From the NCBI RefSeq assembly GCF_900079115.1, contig NZ_LT549890.1, forward strand, positions 750,001-782,000: DNA of 32,000 nt, given 5' to 3'. The position numbers and the translations under genes are program-made. This document shows, piece by piece, positions 18,875-32,000 of the stretch (its first letter is position 1; each line of letters starts with the position of its first letter). Source of the DNA: Saccharolobus solfataricus (lineage in GTDB: Archaea; Thermoproteota; Thermoprotei_A; Sulfolobales; Sulfolobaceae). The notes beneath the pieces were generated by a model. That model had not been told where the DNA came from, did no database searches, and saw only the letters and a list, made by a program, of their open reading frames with translations.

Positions 18875-20320
18875 ATGGCGTTTAAAGATCTCAGAGAATA
18901 TATCGAATTTATGAAAAAGAAAGGTAAATTAATTGAAGTAGATGATGAAGTAAGCGTTGATTTAGAAATAGCTGAAATAACGAGAAAAGCAACTTATGCT
19001 CATTTACCCCCTCTTTTATTCAAGAGAGTTAAAAATTATGAGAATTGGAAAATAGTTTCCAATATTTTTTACTCAATTGAAAGCTTGTACGAGATTTTTG
19101 GAACGAATAAACTAGAATCAATATCCGAAGGATTTTTATCAAATTTATCCAATATGCCTATCACATTTTTTGATAAAATAAAATCACTTAGAGAAATTTT
19201 GGGATTAGGAAAAGTAATGCCTAAAGCTAAGTCACCTAGTTTTAAAGAGGAAAAGAACTTAGATCTGACTAAGATTCCTGCAATAAAAACTTGGCCTAAA
19301 GATGCCGGAAGATACCTTACTTTTTCCATAACAATAACAAAGGACCCAGAGACAGATGTACATAATCTCAGCGTTTATAGGGTTCAAATTCTAAACGAGA
19401 AGGAGGCAATAATTCATTGGCAAGCATTTAAAAGGGGTGCGCTTACTGCTAAAAAATATTTAGAAAAAGGTATTAGTAAGATACCTATTGCCGTAGTAAC
19501 CGGAGTAGATCCTGCCATAGCATTTACAGCGGCTTCTCCAGTCCCTCATGGAATCGATAAGTATATGTTCGCGGGAATCTTGAGAGGTGAGGGTATTGAC
19601 GTAGCTGAATTAGATAATCAATTACTAGTACCAAGCCATTCAGAAGTAGTTTTAACTGGTTATGTTGACTTGAATGATATGCGTCTAGAGGGTCCCTTTG
19701 GAGATCATATGGGTTATTATACACCTGCAGATTACTATCCAGTTTTCAAATTGGAAAGAGTATATATTAGAGAAGATCCTATATTTCATGTAACATCAGT
19801 TGGCAAACCACCACTTGAGGATGCTTGGATAGGTAAGGCTGTAGAAAGAATATTCTTACCTTTTGCCAAGATGTTAGTTCCAGAACTTATTGACATGAAC
19901 CTACCAGAATATGGATTGTTTACCGGGATTGGGATCTTCTCTATAAAGAAGTATTACCCCGGCCAGGCCAAGAGAGTTATGATGGCTTTATGGGGTACCG
20001 GCCAACTAAGCCTTTTAAAAATAATAATAGTTGTTGATCAAGATATAGATGTTCATGATATTAATCAAGTTATTTATGCTATTGCAGCTAATGTAGATCC
20101 TAAACGCGATGTTTGGGTAATAGAAAATGCACTTACTGACTCATTAGACCCTAGTGTTCCATTTCCACCATTAGGTAGCAAACTAGGTATAGATGCTACT
20201 AGGAAATTTAAAGAAGAAATGGGGAAAGAATGGCCAGAAGAGGTTAGATCAGATGAGGTAGTAGCTAAAAAAGCGGACCAAATATTGAATAAAATTATAA
20301 AGAGATATCAAACCTCCTAA
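18875..20320 (+). CDS. UbiD-family (prenylated-FMN dependent) decarboxylase, ~481 aa
   Basis: The N-terminus [26 protein letters not shown] and the overall length are typical of UbiD. ATG at 18875 preferred over the TTG at 18854. Confidence 0.85.
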   Translation: MAFKDLREYIEFMKKKGKLIEVDDEVSVDLEIAEITRKATYAHLPPLLFKRVKNYENWKIVSNIFYSIESLYEIFGTNKLESISEGFLSNLSNMPITFFDKIKSLREILGLGKVMPKAKSPSFKEEKNLDLTKIPAIKTWPKDAGRYLTFSITITKDPETDVHNLSVYRVQILNEKEAIIHWQAFKRGALTAKKYLEKGISKIPIAVVTGVDPAIAFTAASPVPHGIDKYMFAGILRGEGIDVAELDNQLLVPSHSEVVLTGYVDLNDMRLEGPFGDHMGYYTPADYYPVFKLERVYIREDPIFHVTSVGKPPLEDAWIGKAVERIFLPFAKMLVPELIDMNLPEYGLFTGIGIFSIKKYYPGQAKRVMMALWGTGQLSLLKIIIVVDQDIDVHDINQVIYAIAANVDPKRDVWVIENALTDSLDPSVPFPPLGSKLGIDATRKFKEEMGKEWPEEVRSDEVVAKKADQILNKIIKRYQTS

Positions 20321-20576
20321 CCATCATTGTGTCTCTATATATTATTGAAATCTCACTTATATCCTCCAGCCTAGTTTCTATTTCTAATGACTCATTTTTC
20401 CTTAATTCTTTATTCACCTTTACACTATCTGTAATCGCCTTAAGGCCAACTTTATCGTCTATCATATTTACCGTGACATTATATTTTAGAATTATTTCCA
20501 GAACGCGTACCGGGTATTCTAAATTACTAGTTATTTTAAGGATTCTCCCTGTTAATTTCACTACAAAAGGATTCAT
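20295..20576 (-). CDS. Hypothetical protein, 93 aa
   Basis: Protein-like composition, whereas the overlapping plus-strand ORF 20329-20676 is a Ser/Leu/Ile/Phe shadow. Its 3' end overlaps the UbiD-family gene by 26 nt. Confidence 0.45.
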   Translation of the reverse strand: MNPFVVKLTGRILKITSNLEYPVRVLEIILKYNVTVNMIDDKVGLKAITDSVKVNKELRKNESLEIETRLEDISEISIIYRDTMMVRRFDISL

Positions 20577-20657
20577 GATTATGAATATAGTTTTCCGAGT
20601 ATTATGCCTTATCGTAGTTAAAAAGCGTAGACTAACAAGAACAAGATTAGAGCCGAA

Positions 20658-21323
20658 ATGGCCTCAAGTAAAGTAGAAGATTTCGTAAAGAATTGGGGAG
20701 GTAAACAAGAGCCAAGCATTGGTGAAAGAATAAAGAATGCATTCAAGCCACAGCAACCACTAAGGTACAGACTAGTAATGGCAAACTACAGACTAAGGAC
20801 GATGGTAAGTCGTCTTGACGTTTATATTTCAAGATTACAAGAGAGGGATAGGACTCTATTCGAAAAGGTTGTAGAATCACAAATGTCAAAGGATACAGCT
20901 AGAGCAGCTATGTATGCTAATGAGATAGCTGAGATTAGAAAGATTTCCAGGCAGTTAATTACGACACAGATTGCTCTAGAGCAAGTGCAACTCAGACTAG
21001 AGACGATAACTGAGCTTGGAGATGTATTTAATAGTCTAATACCAGTACTTGGAGTTATAAAGGAGTTAAGAAATGCAATGAAAGGAGTTATGCCAGAAAT
21101 AAGTCTAGAGTTGGCAGAACTAGAGGAGGGACTACAAGAGGTAGTAATAGAGGCAGGAGACTTTACTGGTGCACCGGCCAATTATGGTGCTTCAAGCCCA
21201 GAGGCAAGGAAGATATTGGAAGAAGCATCTGTTGTTGCTGAACAGAGAATGAAGGAGAAGTTCCCAGAATTGCCAAGCTTCGTCACCTCCACTCAGAAAG
21301 TATCTAACCAAGAACAGAAATAA
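20658..21323 (+). CDS. ESCRT-III (Snf7/Vps2 family) protein, CdvB paralog, 221 aa
   Basis: Heptad-rich helical hairpin core ([27 protein letters not shown]..., [19 protein letters not shown]) and an acidic C-terminal region. Its position upstream of ppsA matches the recalled S. solfataricus paralog. Confidence 0.8.
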   Translation: MASSKVEDFVKNWGGKQEPSIGERIKNAFKPQQPLRYRLVMANYRLRTMVSRLDVYISRLQERDRTLFEKVVESQMSKDTARAAMYANEIAEIRKISRQLITTQIALEQVQLRLETITELGDVFNSLIPVLGVIKELRNAMKGVMPEISLELAELEEGLQEVVIEAGDFTGAPANYGASSPEARKILEEASVVAEQRMKEKFPELPSFVTSTQKVSNQEQK

Positions 21324-21397
21324 TATCTGATTCATAGATTTTTTCCTAAGATTTATACGGTAAAATAGTTTTTTAAGGTTTGGATTGATAATATGTA

Positions 21398-23797
21398 TTG
21401 GGGAGTTTCCTTTTGGTTGAGGCAATTAGTAGTGAAGAAGATCTTATTCTCGACGTAAGTCAAGTCACTAAGGATATGGTACAATTAGCTGGAGGCAAAG
21501 GTGCAAACCTTGGGGAGTTAACCAGCATTGGAGTTAGAGTACCTCCAGCCTTTATACTTACTTCTAAAGCTTTTAAATATTTTCTTGAATACAACAATCT
21601 TTTTGACAAAATTAGAGACACTTTAAGTAGTTCTGAAACCTCAGAGGAAGCTAGTGAAAAAATAAAACAGTTGATAAAGAATGCTAAGATGCCAGATAAA
21701 TTAAGTAGCATGATTTATCAAGCTTATGATGAATTAAGTAAAAAGGTTGGAAAGGAAATCTTAGTAGCTGTAAGGTCTTCGGCTACTGCAGAGGATATTG
21801 AGACAGCAAGTTTCGCTGGACAGCAAGATACTTATCTTAATGTTACTAAGGATGAACTTATTGACAGGATTAAGGATGTATGGGCTAGTCTCTATAACGC
21901 AAGGGCTATGGAATATAGAAAGAGTAAAGGTATAGACGACTTATCAATACTTATAGCAGTAGTTGTTCAAAAAATGGTTAATTCGAGATCTGCTGGAGTA
22001 ATGTTTACTCTCCATCCAGTTACTGGAGATGAAAAGTATATCATGATAGAATCTAATTGGGGTTTAGGAGAAAGTGTAGTCGGTGGTAAGGTTACCCCAG
22101 ATGAGGTCTTAATAGAAAAATCTACCTTAAGAATTGTGGAAAAAAAGGTTTCTAATAAGAATATTAAAATCGTATATGATAAACAACTTAAGAAGAATGT
22201 TACTATTACTTTAGATGAGAAGGAATCCAGATTAATGAGCATAACAGACGAAGAGGCAATAGAACTAGCAAAATTAGCACTTAAGATCGAAGAACATTAT
22301 AAGAGGCCAATGGACATTGAGTGGGCTATCGATAATGATCTAAGTTTCCCTGAGAATATCTTCATAGTTCAAGCTAGGCCAGAAACTTTCTGGTCTTCTA
22401 AAAGGAAAGAAAATAAGAACATTGCGGAAAAGAGTGCTCCTATAGGTGGTAAAGTACTAGTCAGAGGGCTTGCAGCTTCTCCAGGTATCGCCTTTGGTAA
22501 GGCAAAAATCATACTTGACATTAAAGATCCTAAAGTTCATGAGTTTCAGAAGGGTGAAATCCTAGTCACGAAAATGACAGATCCAGATTGGGTACCATTA
22601 ATGAAGATAGCTGGGGCAATAATAACAGATGAGGGAGGAATGACAAGTCACGCGGCTATTGTATCCAGAGAATTGGGAATTCCAGCTATAGTTGGAAGTA
22701 GAGAAGCGACTAAGATAATACGAGATAATCAAGAGATCACTGTAGATGCAATTAGGGGTATTGTGTATGAGGGTAAGGTATTACAAACAAGTGAGACTGT
22801 ATCTCAACAAGCTCAACCATCTATCGGAATTCAAGGAATAAGTAGGGAAGTTCTATTAAGTCTTTATCCGGTTACTGCAACTAAAATTTACATGAATTTA
22901 GGTGAACCCGATGTTATAGATAAATATTTGGATCTTCCCTTTGACGGAATAGGGCTCATGAGAATTGAATTTATTGTAAGCGAATGGGTTAGATATCATC
23001 CGCTTTACCTAATAAAAATAGGCAATGCTGAATTATTTGTGGATAAGTTAGCGGAGGGAATAGCTAAAGTAGCAAGTGCAATATACCCTAGACCAGTTGT
23101 TGTTAGATTTTCAGATTTCAAAACTAACGAATATAAGAAATTGATTGGTGGAGAGGAGTTTGAGCCAGATGAGAGGAATCCAATGATAGGTTGGAGAGGG
23201 GTTTCCAGATATGTAAGTAAAGAGTATGAGCCTGCATTTAGGCTAGAGGCTAAAGCTATACGCAAAGTTAGGGAAGAGATGGGACTTAAGAACGTATGGG
23301 TAATGTTTCCCTTTGTCAGAACTACATGGGAGCTAGAGAAGGCAATAAAAATAATGGAGGAGGAAGGTTTAAGAAGAGATTCTGATTTCAAGGTCTGGAT
23401 AATGGCTGAAGTTCCCTCAGTAGTTGTTCTTGCGGAAGAGTTTGCGAAGATAGTTGATGGATTCAGTGTAGGTAGTAACGATTTAGCACAATTAACTTTA
23501 GGTGTTGACAGGGATTCCGAGTTACTAGCGAGGATGGGATATTATGATGAGAGGGATCCAGCTGTTTTAGAATCCATAAGAAAGCTAATCAAAGCTGCCC
23601 ATAAGTATGGCAAAACAGTCTCAATATGTGGACAAGCACCTAGTGTTTATCCAGCAGTTGTTGAATATTTAGTCAAAGCTGGAATAGATAGCATTAGTGT
23701 AAATCCAGATGCGGTTATTAATGTTAGGAGGCAAGTAGCTTCGATCGAGCAACAAATTATACTTAGAAACCTTAATGGAAAAAGGAAGAACAAGTAG
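21398..23797 (+). CDS. ppsA: Phosphoenolpyruvate synthase (pyruvate, water dikinase), 799 aa
   Basis: [13 protein letters not shown]-grasp motif, phosphohistidine motif [18 protein letters not shown], and a C-terminal PEP-utilising TIM barrel. TTG start is uncertain (21398 or 21413). Confidence 0.92.
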   Translation: MGSFLLVEAISSEEDLILDVSQVTKDMVQLAGGKGANLGELTSIGVRVPPAFILTSKAFKYFLEYNNLFDKIRDTLSSSETSEEASEKIKQLIKNAKMPDKLSSMIYQAYDELSKKVGKEILVAVRSSATAEDIETASFAGQQDTYLNVTKDELIDRIKDVWASLYNARAMEYRKSKGIDDLSILIAVVVQKMVNSRSAGVMFTLHPVTGDEKYIMIESNWGLGESVVGGKVTPDEVLIEKSTLRIVEKKVSNKNIKIVYDKQLKKNVTITLDEKESRLMSITDEEAIELAKLALKIEEHYKRPMDIEWAIDNDLSFPENIFIVQARPETFWSSKRKENKNIAEKSAPIGGKVLVRGLAASPGIAFGKAKIILDIKDPKVHEFQKGEILVTKMTDPDWVPLMKIAGAIITDEGGMTSHAAIVSRELGIPAIVGSREATKIIRDNQEITVDAIRGIVYEGKVLQTSETVSQQAQPSIGIQGISREVLLSLYPVTATKIYMNLGEPDVIDKYLDLPFDGIGLMRIEFIVSEWVRYHPLYLIKIGNAELFVDKLAEGIAKVASAIYPRPVVVRFSDFKTNEYKKLIGGEEFEPDERNPMIGWRGVSRYVSKEYEPAFRLEAKAIRKVREEMGLKNVWVMFPFVRTTWELEKAIKIMEEEGLRRDSDFKVWIMAEVPSVVVLAEEFAKIVDGFSVGSNDLAQLTLGVDRDSELLARMGYYDERDPAVLESIRKLIKAAHKYGKTVSICGQAPSVYPAVVEYLVKAGIDSISVNPDAVINVRRQVASIEQQIILRNLNGKRKNK

Positions 23798-23805
23798 ACA
23801 ATTTT

Positions 23806-24063
23806 TTAATTATTTTTTATATTATAACAATTTTTGCATATTCTTCTAGCACCGTCGAAATACGCTGTGCATTCTTCACAAATTGTATTTCCGCAGATCT
23901 CACATGATCCTATTGCCAAGTGTTTTTGACAAATTTTGCATAAGCTCATATCACAAATTTTACAGATTCCTTTATCCATAATGTAATCGTTATTACACAC
24001 TTGTCTTCCGCACAAACTGCACGTGAAAAACGAGATATTCTCTTCGCAGATTTCACATTTCAA
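23806..24063 (-). CDS. Cys-rich zinc-binding protein (B-box-like), ~85 aa with seven CxxC pairs
   Basis: CEIC, CSLC, CKIC, CKIC, CEIC, CEEC and CKNC. The probable TTG start at 24063 overlaps the ino1 stop by 11 nt. The 117-aa version in the ORF track (to 24159) would overlap ino1 by 107 nt. Confidence 0.55.
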   Translation of the reverse strand: MKCEICEENISFFTCSLCGRQVCNNDYIMDKGICKICDMSLCKICQKHLAIGSCEICGNTICEECTAYFDGARRICKNCYNIKNN

Positions 24064-25135
24064 TGAACTCTTTAAACCACCTATAGGCTTCTTCGTCGTC
24101 TTTAGCCTGAATTGGTGGGTGTTTAAAGTAAAATGCAGATACTTTTTCAAGTGGACCACCTATCTTCCTATCCAATGCAACCTTAACTGCCCTTATAACA
24201 TCTACTAATACTGCTGCACAATTAGCTTTATCATCAACCTCTAAGGAAGCTTCTACTTTAATTGGCATGCCTGCAAATGCACTTCCTTTTACGTAAATGT
24301 AAGCTACTTTTGTATTTCCTAAAAATGGAACATAATCGCTAGGTCCTATCCTTATTTTGCCCTCACTTTTTATTACCTCTCCGTTATCTAGTGTACTAGT
24401 TACTGCCTCTGTTTTGCTTATTCTTTTAGATATTAACCTTTCTTCTGTCTTCATGTTTAGAAAGTCTGTATTCCCGCCTACATTTAATTGATAAGTTTCC
24501 TCAACTTTTACTCCCCGCAGTCTAAAGAGCGAAGTAATTGACCTATGGAATATTGTAGCCCCTAATTGACTCTTTATGTCATCACCGGCTAATGGTAAGT
24601 TTTTCTCTTTGAATTTATTAGGAAAGTAGCCTGAAGGATCACTAGCAATAAATACGGGTATTGCGTTTATAAATGCAGTTCCTGCCATTAGTGCTATATT
24701 TGCGTACGTTCTCGTAGCGTTTTCACTTCCAACAGGCAATAAATTAACTAGAATTTCTGCTTTACTAGATTTTAATTCATCTAACGCTTTTTCCAATGTG
24801 CCATCATAGGTAGGATTAAAAACGTTAGTCATATGTTGCGCTACGCCATCAAGAACGGGTCCTGCACTTACCTTAACGCCTTTCTTTTCCATATTCACTA
24901 TCTTTGGTGTAATATTTGGAGGTTGAAATACGGCCTCTGCAAGGTCCTTTCCTATTTTATTTTTTGACACGTCGAATGCTGCTACAACTTCTATATCGGT
25001 AATTTTATAACCACCAATTACGGGGGTAATTAATCCCTCATAATAATTATCGCCTTTTGATTTATAATATTCTATTCCTTGAATTAACATTGATGCACAA
25101 TTACCTAAGCCAGCTATTGCTACTCTAATCATCAA
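24053..25135 (-). CDS. ino1: myo-Inositol-1-phosphate synthase (archaeal short type), 360 aa
   Basis: N-terminal Rossmann motif [13 protein letters not shown]. Length and pattern fit archaeal MIPS. Confidence 0.85.
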   Translation of the reverse strand: MMIRVAIAGLGNCASMLIQGIEYYKSKGDNYYEGLITPVIGGYKITDIEVVAAFDVSKNKIGKDLAEAVFQPPNITPKIVNMEKKGVKVSAGPVLDGVAQHMTNVFNPTYDGTLEKALDELKSSKAEILVNLLPVGSENATRTYANIALMAGTAFINAIPVFIASDPSGYFPNKFKEKNLPLAGDDIKSQLGATIFHRSITSLFRLRGVKVEETYQLNVGGNTDFLNMKTEERLISKRISKTEAVTSTLDNGEVIKSEGKIRIGPSDYVPFLGNTKVAYIYVKGSAFAGMPIKVEASLEVDDKANCAAVLVDVIRAVKVALDRKIGGPLEKVSAFYFKHPPIQAKDDEEAYRWFKEFIEM

Positions 25136-25191
25136 CTTTAAGTTAAATAACTAGATAAAATATGTTGTGATGAAAGGGAAAGATCAGATCT

Positions 25192-25497
25192 GTGAAGAAG
25201 TGGAGCGACACTGAGGTGTTTGAAATGCTAAAGCGTATGTATGCTCGCGTATATGGGTTAGTTCAAGGTGTAGGTTTTAGAAAATTTGTCCAAATTCATG
25301 CTATAAGGTTAGGTATAAAGGGTTATGCTAAGAATTTACCAGATGGTTCAGTAGAAGTAGTCGCAGAGGGTTATGAGGAAGCGTTAAGTAAACTATTGGA
25401 ACGTATTAAACAAGGCCCACCAGCAGCTGAGGTAGAGAAGGTAGATTACTCATTTAGCGAATATAAGGGAGAATTTGAGGATTTTGAAACATACTAA
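25192..25497 (+). CDS. acyP: Acylphosphatase, 101 aa
   Basis: [14 protein letters not shown] signature. The whole sequence matches my recollection of the S. solfataricus acylphosphatase, including its N-terminal tail. Coordinates are taken from the ORF track. Confidence 0.9.
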
Positions 25498-25548
25498 AAA
25501 TTTATAAGGTAAAAACATTTATAGTGTATCGGTGCTTTTGATGTACCA

Positions 25549-26826
25549 ATGGTAAAAGAAGACGAGATTTTGCCTAAATATTGGTACAATATAATCCCTG
25601 ATCTACCTAAACCCTTGCCTCCACCAAGGGATCCACAAGGTGCCTATTTCTCGAGAATCGATTTATTAAGAAGTATACTACCCAAGGAGGTATTAAGACA
25701 ACAATTCACAATAGAAAGGTATATAAAGATCCCTGAGGAAGTAAGAGATAGATATTTATCGATAGGAAGACCAACTCCATTATTTAGGGCTAAAAGGTTA
25801 GAAGAGTACTTAAAGACACCAGCAAGAATTTACTTTAAATATGAAGGTGCTACACCTACTGGATCTCATAAGATAAATACAGCAATTCCTCAAGCGTATT
25901 TTGCAAAAGAAGAGGGAATTGAACACGTAGTTACTGAAACTGGAGCTGGTCAATGGGGAACTGCAGTCGCACTTGCAGCTAGTATGTATAATATGAAAAG
26001 TACTATATTCATGGTAAAGGTAAGTTATGAACAAAAACCGATGAGAAGGAGTATAATGCAATTATATGGGGCTAATGTTTACGCAAGCCCCACAAACTTA
26101 ACTGAATACGGTAGGAAGATATTAGAGACAAACCCACAGCATCCAGGATCATTAGGTATAGCAATGAGCGAGGCAATAGAGTATGCTCTTAAGAACGAAT
26201 TTAGATATTTAGTAGGTAGCGTTTTAGATGTAGTACTTTTGCATCAGAGTGTTATTGGTCAAGAGACTATTACTCAATTGGATTTGTTAGGAGAAGACGC
26301 TGATATCCTAATTGGATGTGTAGGAGGTGGGAGCAATTTTGGCGGTTTCACATACCCCTTTATCGGAAATAAGAAAGGCAAGCGTTATATTGCAGTAAGT
26401 TCTGCAGAAATTCCAAAGTTTAGTAAAGGTGAATATAAATACGATTTTCCAGACTCTGCTGGATTATTACCTTTAGTGAAAATGATAACTTTAGGTAAAG
26501 ATTACGTTCCGCCACCAATATACGCAGGCGGGTTAAGATATCATGGTGTAGCACCAACATTAAGTTTGTTAACAAAGGAGGGTATTGTGGAATGGAGAGA
26601 ATACAATGAAAGGGAGATTTTCGAAGCTGCTAAGATATTTATCGAGAACCAAGGTATTGTACCAGCCCCAGAATCAGCTCATGCAATAAGGGCAGTAGTT
26701 GATGAAGCTATAGAGGCAAGAAAGAATAATGAGCGAAAGGTCATCGTCTTTAATCTAAGTGGACATGGATTGTTAGATCTGTCAAATTACGAATCCATGA
26801 TGAAAAGGTTGAATGGAAATGGGTAA
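25549..26826 (+). CDS. trpB: Tryptophan synthase beta chain, TrpB2-type, 425 aa
   Basis: PLP-lysine motif [10 protein letters not shown], the N-terminal extension typical of TrpB2, and the GGGSN motif. Confidence 0.9.
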
Positions 26827-27550
26827 GATGCTTGTAGTCTATATGACGTTAGGTTATCCAAATGTTCAAAGTTTTAAGGATTTTATTATTGGGGCAGTTG
26901 AAAATGGAGCTGATATATTAGAGCTTGGAATCCCCCCTAAGTATGCTAAGTATGATGGTCCAGTTATAAGGAAGAGTTATGATAAAGTAAAAGGGCTAGA
27001 TATTTGGCCCTTAATAGAAGATATTAGGAAAGATGTGGGTGTTCCCATAATTGCACTTACTTATTTAGAAGATTGGGTTGATCAGCTAGAGAATTTTCTA
27101 AATATGATAAAAGACGTCAAACTGGACGGAATTCTATTTCCAGATTTACTTATTGATTATATAGATGATTTGGATAAAATTGATGGGATAATAAAAAATA
27201 AAGGATTAAAAAACGTTATTTTTACATCTCCTTCAGTACCAGATCTTCTAATCCACAAAGTCTCTAAGATTAGCGATTTATTCTTATATTATGGTGTCAG
27301 ACCAACTACTGGCGTACCTATACCAGTATCAGTTAAGCAATTGATTAATAGAGTTAGAAATCTAGTTGAGAATAAGCTAATAGTAGGATTTGGCTTATCA
27401 AGCGAGTCAGATTTAAGAGATGCTCTAAGTGCTGGTGCTGACGGAATAGCAATTGGAACTGTGTTCATAGAGGAAATTGAGAGGAATGGTGTAAAATCTG
27501 CAATAAATTTAGTTAAAAAATTTAGGGCGATATTAGATGAATATAAATGA
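26813..27550 (+). CDS. trpA: Tryptophan synthase alpha chain, 245 aa
   Basis: YMTLGYP and LELGIP motifs and a C-terminal GFG phosphate-binding region. 14-nt overlap with trpB. The start could be an internal Met. Confidence 0.85.
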
Positions 27551-28574
27551 GATTCTTAAAAAACTCATAAATAAATCAGATTTAGAAATTAATGAGGCTG
27601 AAGAATTAGCTAAAGCTATAATTAGAGGAGAAGTTCCAGAGATTTTAGTATCAGCAATTTTAGTAGCATTAAGAATGAAAGGTGAAAGTAAAAATGAAAT
27701 AGTAGGTTTTGCTAGAGCAATGAGAGAATTAGCGATCAAAATAGACGTGCCCAACGCAATAGACACAGCTGGTACAGGTGGCGACGGATTAGGGACAGTA
27801 AACGTTAGTACCGCATCAGCTATCTTATTGAGTTTAGTTAATCCAGTTGCCAAACATGGTAATAGGGCAGTAAGTGGTAAAAGCGGTAGCGCTGATGTTC
27901 TTGAGGCTTTAGGCTATAATATTATAGTTCCTCCAGAAAGGGCAAAAGAACTAGTCAATAAAACGAATTTCGTTTTCCTCTTTGCACAATACTATCATCC
28001 TGCAATGAAGAACGTTGCCAATGTAAGAAAAACTTTGGGGATCAGGACTATTTTCAATATTCTAGGTCCATTGACTAATCCAGCTAATGCGAAGTATCAG
28101 TTAATGGGAGTATTTTCGAAAGATCACTTAGATTTACTGTCAAAAAGTGCATATGAATTAGATTTCAATAAAATAATTTTGGTATATGGAGAGCCGGGTA
28201 TAGATGAGGTAAGTCCAATAGGAAATACTTTCATGAAAATAGTAAGTAAGCGCGGTATAGAGGAAGTCAAGTTAAATGTAACTGATTTCGGCATATCACC
28301 GATTCCAATAGAAAAGTTAATAGTAAATTCTGCGGAGGATTCCGCAATAAAAATAGTTAGAGCATTTCTGGGTAAAGATGAACACGTGGCTGAATTCATT
28401 AAAATTAACACAGCAGTTGCGCTTTTTGCATTAGATAGAGTAGGCGATTTTAGAGAAGGTTATGAGTATGCTGATCATTTGATAGAAAAATCCTTGGATA
28501 AATTAAATGAGATAATCTCAATGAATGGTGATGTAACTAAACTGAAAACGATAGTGGTGAAAAGTAGTGGTTAA
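27537..28574 (+). CDS. trpD: Anthranilate phosphoribosyltransferase, 345 aa
   Basis: DTAGTGGDG motif and [21 protein letters not shown]. Confidence 0.92.
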   Translation: MNINEILKKLINKSDLEINEAEELAKAIIRGEVPEILVSAILVALRMKGESKNEIVGFARAMRELAIKIDVPNAIDTAGTGGDGLGTVNVSTASAILLSLVNPVAKHGNRAVSGKSGSADVLEALGYNIIVPPERAKELVNKTNFVFLFAQYYHPAMKNVANVRKTLGIRTIFNILGPLTNPANAKYQLMGVFSKDHLDLLSKSAYELDFNKIILVYGEPGIDEVSPIGNTFMKIVSKRGIEEVKLNVTDFGISPIPIEKLIVNSAEDSAIKIVRAFLGKDEHVAEFIKINTAVALFALDRVGDFREGYEYADHLIEKSLDKLNEIISMNGDVTKLKTIVVKSSG

Positions 28575-29181
28575 ACTAAAAATTTGTGGTAACGCAACGT
28601 TATCAGATATTATAGAGTTCTCAAAACTTGATGTAGATTATCTAGGAATAATAACCGATGTCGTAAGTCAAAGATTCGTAAAAAGCGAGTTCCTAACTTT
28701 TGTTAAAAGATATGTTGAAAAACCAATAGTTAATGTGAAAGTCAATGTCCAAATTAGTGAAATAGAGAGAGAATTATTAGTATCAGATTATTTTCAGATA
28801 CATAGAGTATTAGACGATTCAGAATTAGAATTGCTTAAATCATATGATTTTAGAAAAAGAATTATATTATATGTGCCAGCCTCCTTCGAGTATAAGAAAT
28901 ACCTAGAAAGGGCCATAGATACTGTAGATATGGTGTTAGTAGACTCTGTAAAGAAAGGGGTAGGCGTCGATTATAATGTTGTATCGAGTTTCCTTAAGGA
29001 TTACCCTTACCTAGGTGTAGGTGGAAAAATAAGTATAGATAATATTTCTAACTTTATTGACTTAAATCCTGCATGGCTTGATATTTCCAGTAGTATAGAG
29101 ATCTATCCTGGTAAAAAAGATATTAACATGGTGAAAAAAATAGTCGAGGTGGTAAAATATGGAAGTTCATCCAATAAGTGA
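28567..29181 (+). CDS. trpF: Phosphoribosylanthranilate isomerase, 204 aa
   Basis: N-terminal KICG motif, TIM-barrel size, and position in the operon. GTG start. Confidence 0.8.
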   Translation: MVKLKICGNATLSDIIEFSKLDVDYLGIITDVVSQRFVKSEFLTFVKRYVEKPIVNVKVNVQISEIERELLVSDYFQIHRVLDDSELELLKSYDFRKRIILYVPASFEYKKYLERAIDTVDMVLVDSVKKGVGVDYNVVSSFLKDYPYLGVGGKISIDNISNFIDLNPAWLDISSSIEIYPGKKDINMVKKIVEVVKYGSSSNK

Positions 29182-30424
29182 ATTTGCCTCACCATTCGAA
29201 GTATTTAAGTGTATAGAGAGAGACTTTAAAGTAGCTGGATTACTAGAGAGCATAGGTGGCCCTCAATATAAGGCGAGATATAGTGTGATAGCTTGGTCAA
29301 CTAATGGGTATCTGAAAATTCATGACGACCCTGTAAATATTCTTAATGGTTATTTGAAAGATTTGAAATTAGCAGATATACCGGGGTTATTCAAAGGAGG
29401 TATGATAGGATACATAAGTTACGATGCAGTAAGATTTTGGGAGAAAATAAGAGACTTAAAGCCAGCAGCTGAAGATTGGCCTTATGCGGAATTCTTTACT
29501 CCAGATAACATCATAATCTATGATCATAATGAGGGCAAAGTATACGTTAATGCTGATTTAAGCTCTGTAGGGGGATGTGGTGATATAGGGGAGTTTAAAG
29601 TAAGCTTTTACGATGAGTCTCTTAATAAGAACAGTTATGAGAGGATTGTTTCCGAATCATTAGAGTATATAAGATCTGGTTACATATTTCAAGTTGTATT
29701 GTCTAGATTTTACAGATATATATTTAGTGGAGATCCATTAAGAATATATTATAATCTAAGGAGAATAAATCCATCCCCTTACATGTTTTATCTCAAATTT
29801 GATGAAAAATACTTAATAGGATCTAGTCCGGAATTACTGTTCAGAGTTCAAGATAATATAGTTGAAACCTATCCCATAGCTGGCACTAGACCTAGGGGCG
29901 CTGATCAAGAGGAAGATCTTAAATTGGAATTGGAATTAATGAACTCAGAAAAGGATAAAGCTGAGCACTTAATGCTGGTTGATTTGGCTAGAAATGATCT
30001 AGGTAAAGTATGCGTTCCAGGGACTGTAAAAGTACCAGAATTAATGTATGTCGAGAAGTATAGCCATGTCCAACACATAGTATCAAAAGTGATTGGGACC
30101 TTAAAGAAGAAGTATAACGCGTTAAACGTTTTATCGGCTACATTCCCAGCAGGTACAGTAAGCGGAGCACCTAAACCAATGGCAATGAATATAATTGAAA
30201 CGTTAGAGGAGTATAAAAGGGGTCCTTATGCAGGTGCTGTAGGTTTTATCTCAGCTGATGGTAACGCAGAGTTCGCAATAGCGATAAGAACTGCATTTCT
30301 AAACAAAGAGTTATTACGAATACATGCCGGTGCTGGTATAGTATATGACTCTAATCCAGAATCTGAATATTTCGAAACTGAACATAAACTAAAAGCACTA
30401 AAAACAGCAATAGGGGTGAGGTAA
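29159..30424 (+). CDS. trpE: Anthranilate synthase component I, 421 aa
   Basis: [15 protein letters not shown] and GTVSGAPK motifs of chorismate-utilising enzymes. Confidence 0.92.
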   Translation: MEVHPISEFASPFEVFKCIERDFKVAGLLESIGGPQYKARYSVIAWSTNGYLKIHDDPVNILNGYLKDLKLADIPGLFKGGMIGYISYDAVRFWEKIRDLKPAAEDWPYAEFFTPDNIIIYDHNEGKVYVNADLSSVGGCGDIGEFKVSFYDESLNKNSYERIVSESLEYIRSGYIFQVVLSRFYRYIFSGDPLRIYYNLRRINPSPYMFYLKFDEKYLIGSSPELLFRVQDNIVETYPIAGTRPRGADQEEDLKLELELMNSEKDKAEHLMLVDLARNDLGKVCVPGTVKVPELMYVEKYSHVQHIVSKVIGTLKKKYNALNVLSATFPAGTVSGAPKPMAMNIIETLEEYKRGPYAGAVGFISADGNAEFAIAIRTAFLNKELLRIHAGAGIVYDSNPESEYFETEHKLKALKTAIGVR

Positions 30425-31012
30425 ATGGATCTGACCTTGATAATAGACAACTACGATAGTTTTGTTTACAATATAGCCCAAATAGTAGGAGAACTAGGGA
30501 GTTATCCAATAGTTATCAGAAATGACGAAATAAGCATAAAGGGAATAGAGAGAATAGACCCAGATAGGATTATAATCTCACCAGGACCAGGGACACCAGA
30601 AAAACGAGAAGACATAGGAGTATCATTGGATGTGATTAAATACCTAGGCAAAAGGACTCCAATATTAGGAGTTTGTCTAGGTCACCAAGCTATAGGTTAT
30701 GCATTTGGAGCTAAGATAAGAAGAGCTAGGAAAGTATTTCATGGAAAAATAAGTAACATAATTCTAGTAAACAACTCTCCGCTTTCACTATATTACGGCA
30801 TTGCTAAGGAGTTTAAAGCTACCAGATATCATAGTCTTGTTGTAGATGAGGTTCATAGACCTCTAATTGTCGACGCAATATCCGCTGAAGATAATGAAAT
30901 AATGGCTATACATCATGAAGAATATCCAATATATGGTGTCCAATTTCATCCAGAGAGTGTTGGAACCTCATTGGGCTATAAGATACTTTATAATTTCTTG
31001 AATAGAGTATAA
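30425..31012 (+). CDS. trpG: Anthranilate synthase component II (glutamine amidotransferase), 195 aa
   Basis: GVCLGHQ nucleophile elbow and the HPES motif (FHPESV). The ATG immediately follows the trpE stop. Confidence 0.92.
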   Translation: MDLTLIIDNYDSFVYNIAQIVGELGSYPIVIRNDEISIKGIERIDPDRIIISPGPGTPEKREDIGVSLDVIKYLGKRTPILGVCLGHQAIGYAFGAKIRRARKVFHGKISNIILVNNSPLSLYYGIAKEFKATRYHSLVVDEVHRPLIVDAISAEDNEIMAIHHEEYPIYGVQFHPESVGTSLGYKILYNFLNRV

Positions 31013-31762
<750 letters not shown>

Positions 31763-31810
31763 CGTTCTTCATATACACTTGTGGTCTCGCTACTAGACTT
31801 TAACGGAAAT

Positions 31811-32000
31811 ATGTCACAAGTTACTGGAGAGACTACCTTATTGTATAAGGAAATTGCTAGAAACGTAGAAAAGACTAAGAAGATTAAAATTATCGACTTT
31901 GGGATAGGACAACCAGATTTACCTACATTTAAACGTATAAGAGATGCCGCAAAGGAGGCGCTAGATCAAGGTTTTACTTTCTACACTTCGGCATTCGGTA
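31811..32000 (+). CDS. Class I/II aminotransferase (aspartate-aminotransferase-like), 5' partial; continues beyond the window
   Basis: ATG at 31811. The translation [63 protein letters not shown] contains the G-x-PD...P motif typical of fold-type I aminotransferase N-termini. No stop before the window ends. Confidence 0.6.
   Translation, partial: MSQVTGETTLLYKEIARNVEKTKKIKIIDFGIGQPDLPTFKRIRDAAKEALDQGFTFYTSAFG

Noticed and set aside
25430-25445. When I hand-translated acyP I counted one extra G near 25440, and the GTG start at 25191 rather than 25192. That would imply a frameshift.
   Set aside because: The supplied ORF track, computed from the sequence, gives one uninterrupted 101-aa ORF (25192-25497) and lists no 88-aa alternative. 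I attribute the discrepancy to my own reading or counting and follow the track. It can be checked by re-translating 25185-25500.

Overview
AT-rich archaeal chromosome segment. I assign it to Saccharolobus (Sulfolobus) solfataricus or a very close relative. This rests on recalled protein sequences, not a search: thermosome alpha subunit, the 101-aa acylphosphatase, the 248-aa indoleglycerol-phosphate synthase, and the trpBADFEGC gene order. About 29 of the 32 kb is densely packed core genome with many start/stop overlaps. It holds argS, thsA, a WhiP-like winged-helix protein, argF, an overlapping thrC-lysC-asd-PHP-nreA chain, a ubiD-family gene, an orphan ESCRT-III (CdvB) paralog, ppsA, ino1, acyP, the seven-gene trp operon and the 5' end of an aminotransferase gene. 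The only clearly accessory DNA is 1-2460. It contains a ~1.29 kb IS4/IS5-superfamily insertion sequence with 34-bp terminal inverted repeats. That IS appears to truncate a small ORF. Next to it is the N-terminal fragment of an SSV-type (partitioning) integrase that reads antisense through an intact tRNA-Arg(UCG), the classic scar of an integrated fusellovirus- or plasmid-like element lying to the left. I found no rRNA genes, CRISPR arrays or recognisable defence genes. I see no convincing new multi-gene system. The best candidates for unknown biology are three. First, the block of uncharacterised Cys/zinc-motif proteins at 7855-9728, beside the WhiP-like gene and a candidate replication origin (oriC3-like intergenic region with ACT/AGT inverted repeats). 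Second, two small proteins sharing a CPYY-type four-Cys module. Third, the translational coupling of a PHP phosphoesterase and a PIP-box-bearing Nre-like repair protein to aspartate-family biosynthesis genes. All homology statements come from motif reading and memory.
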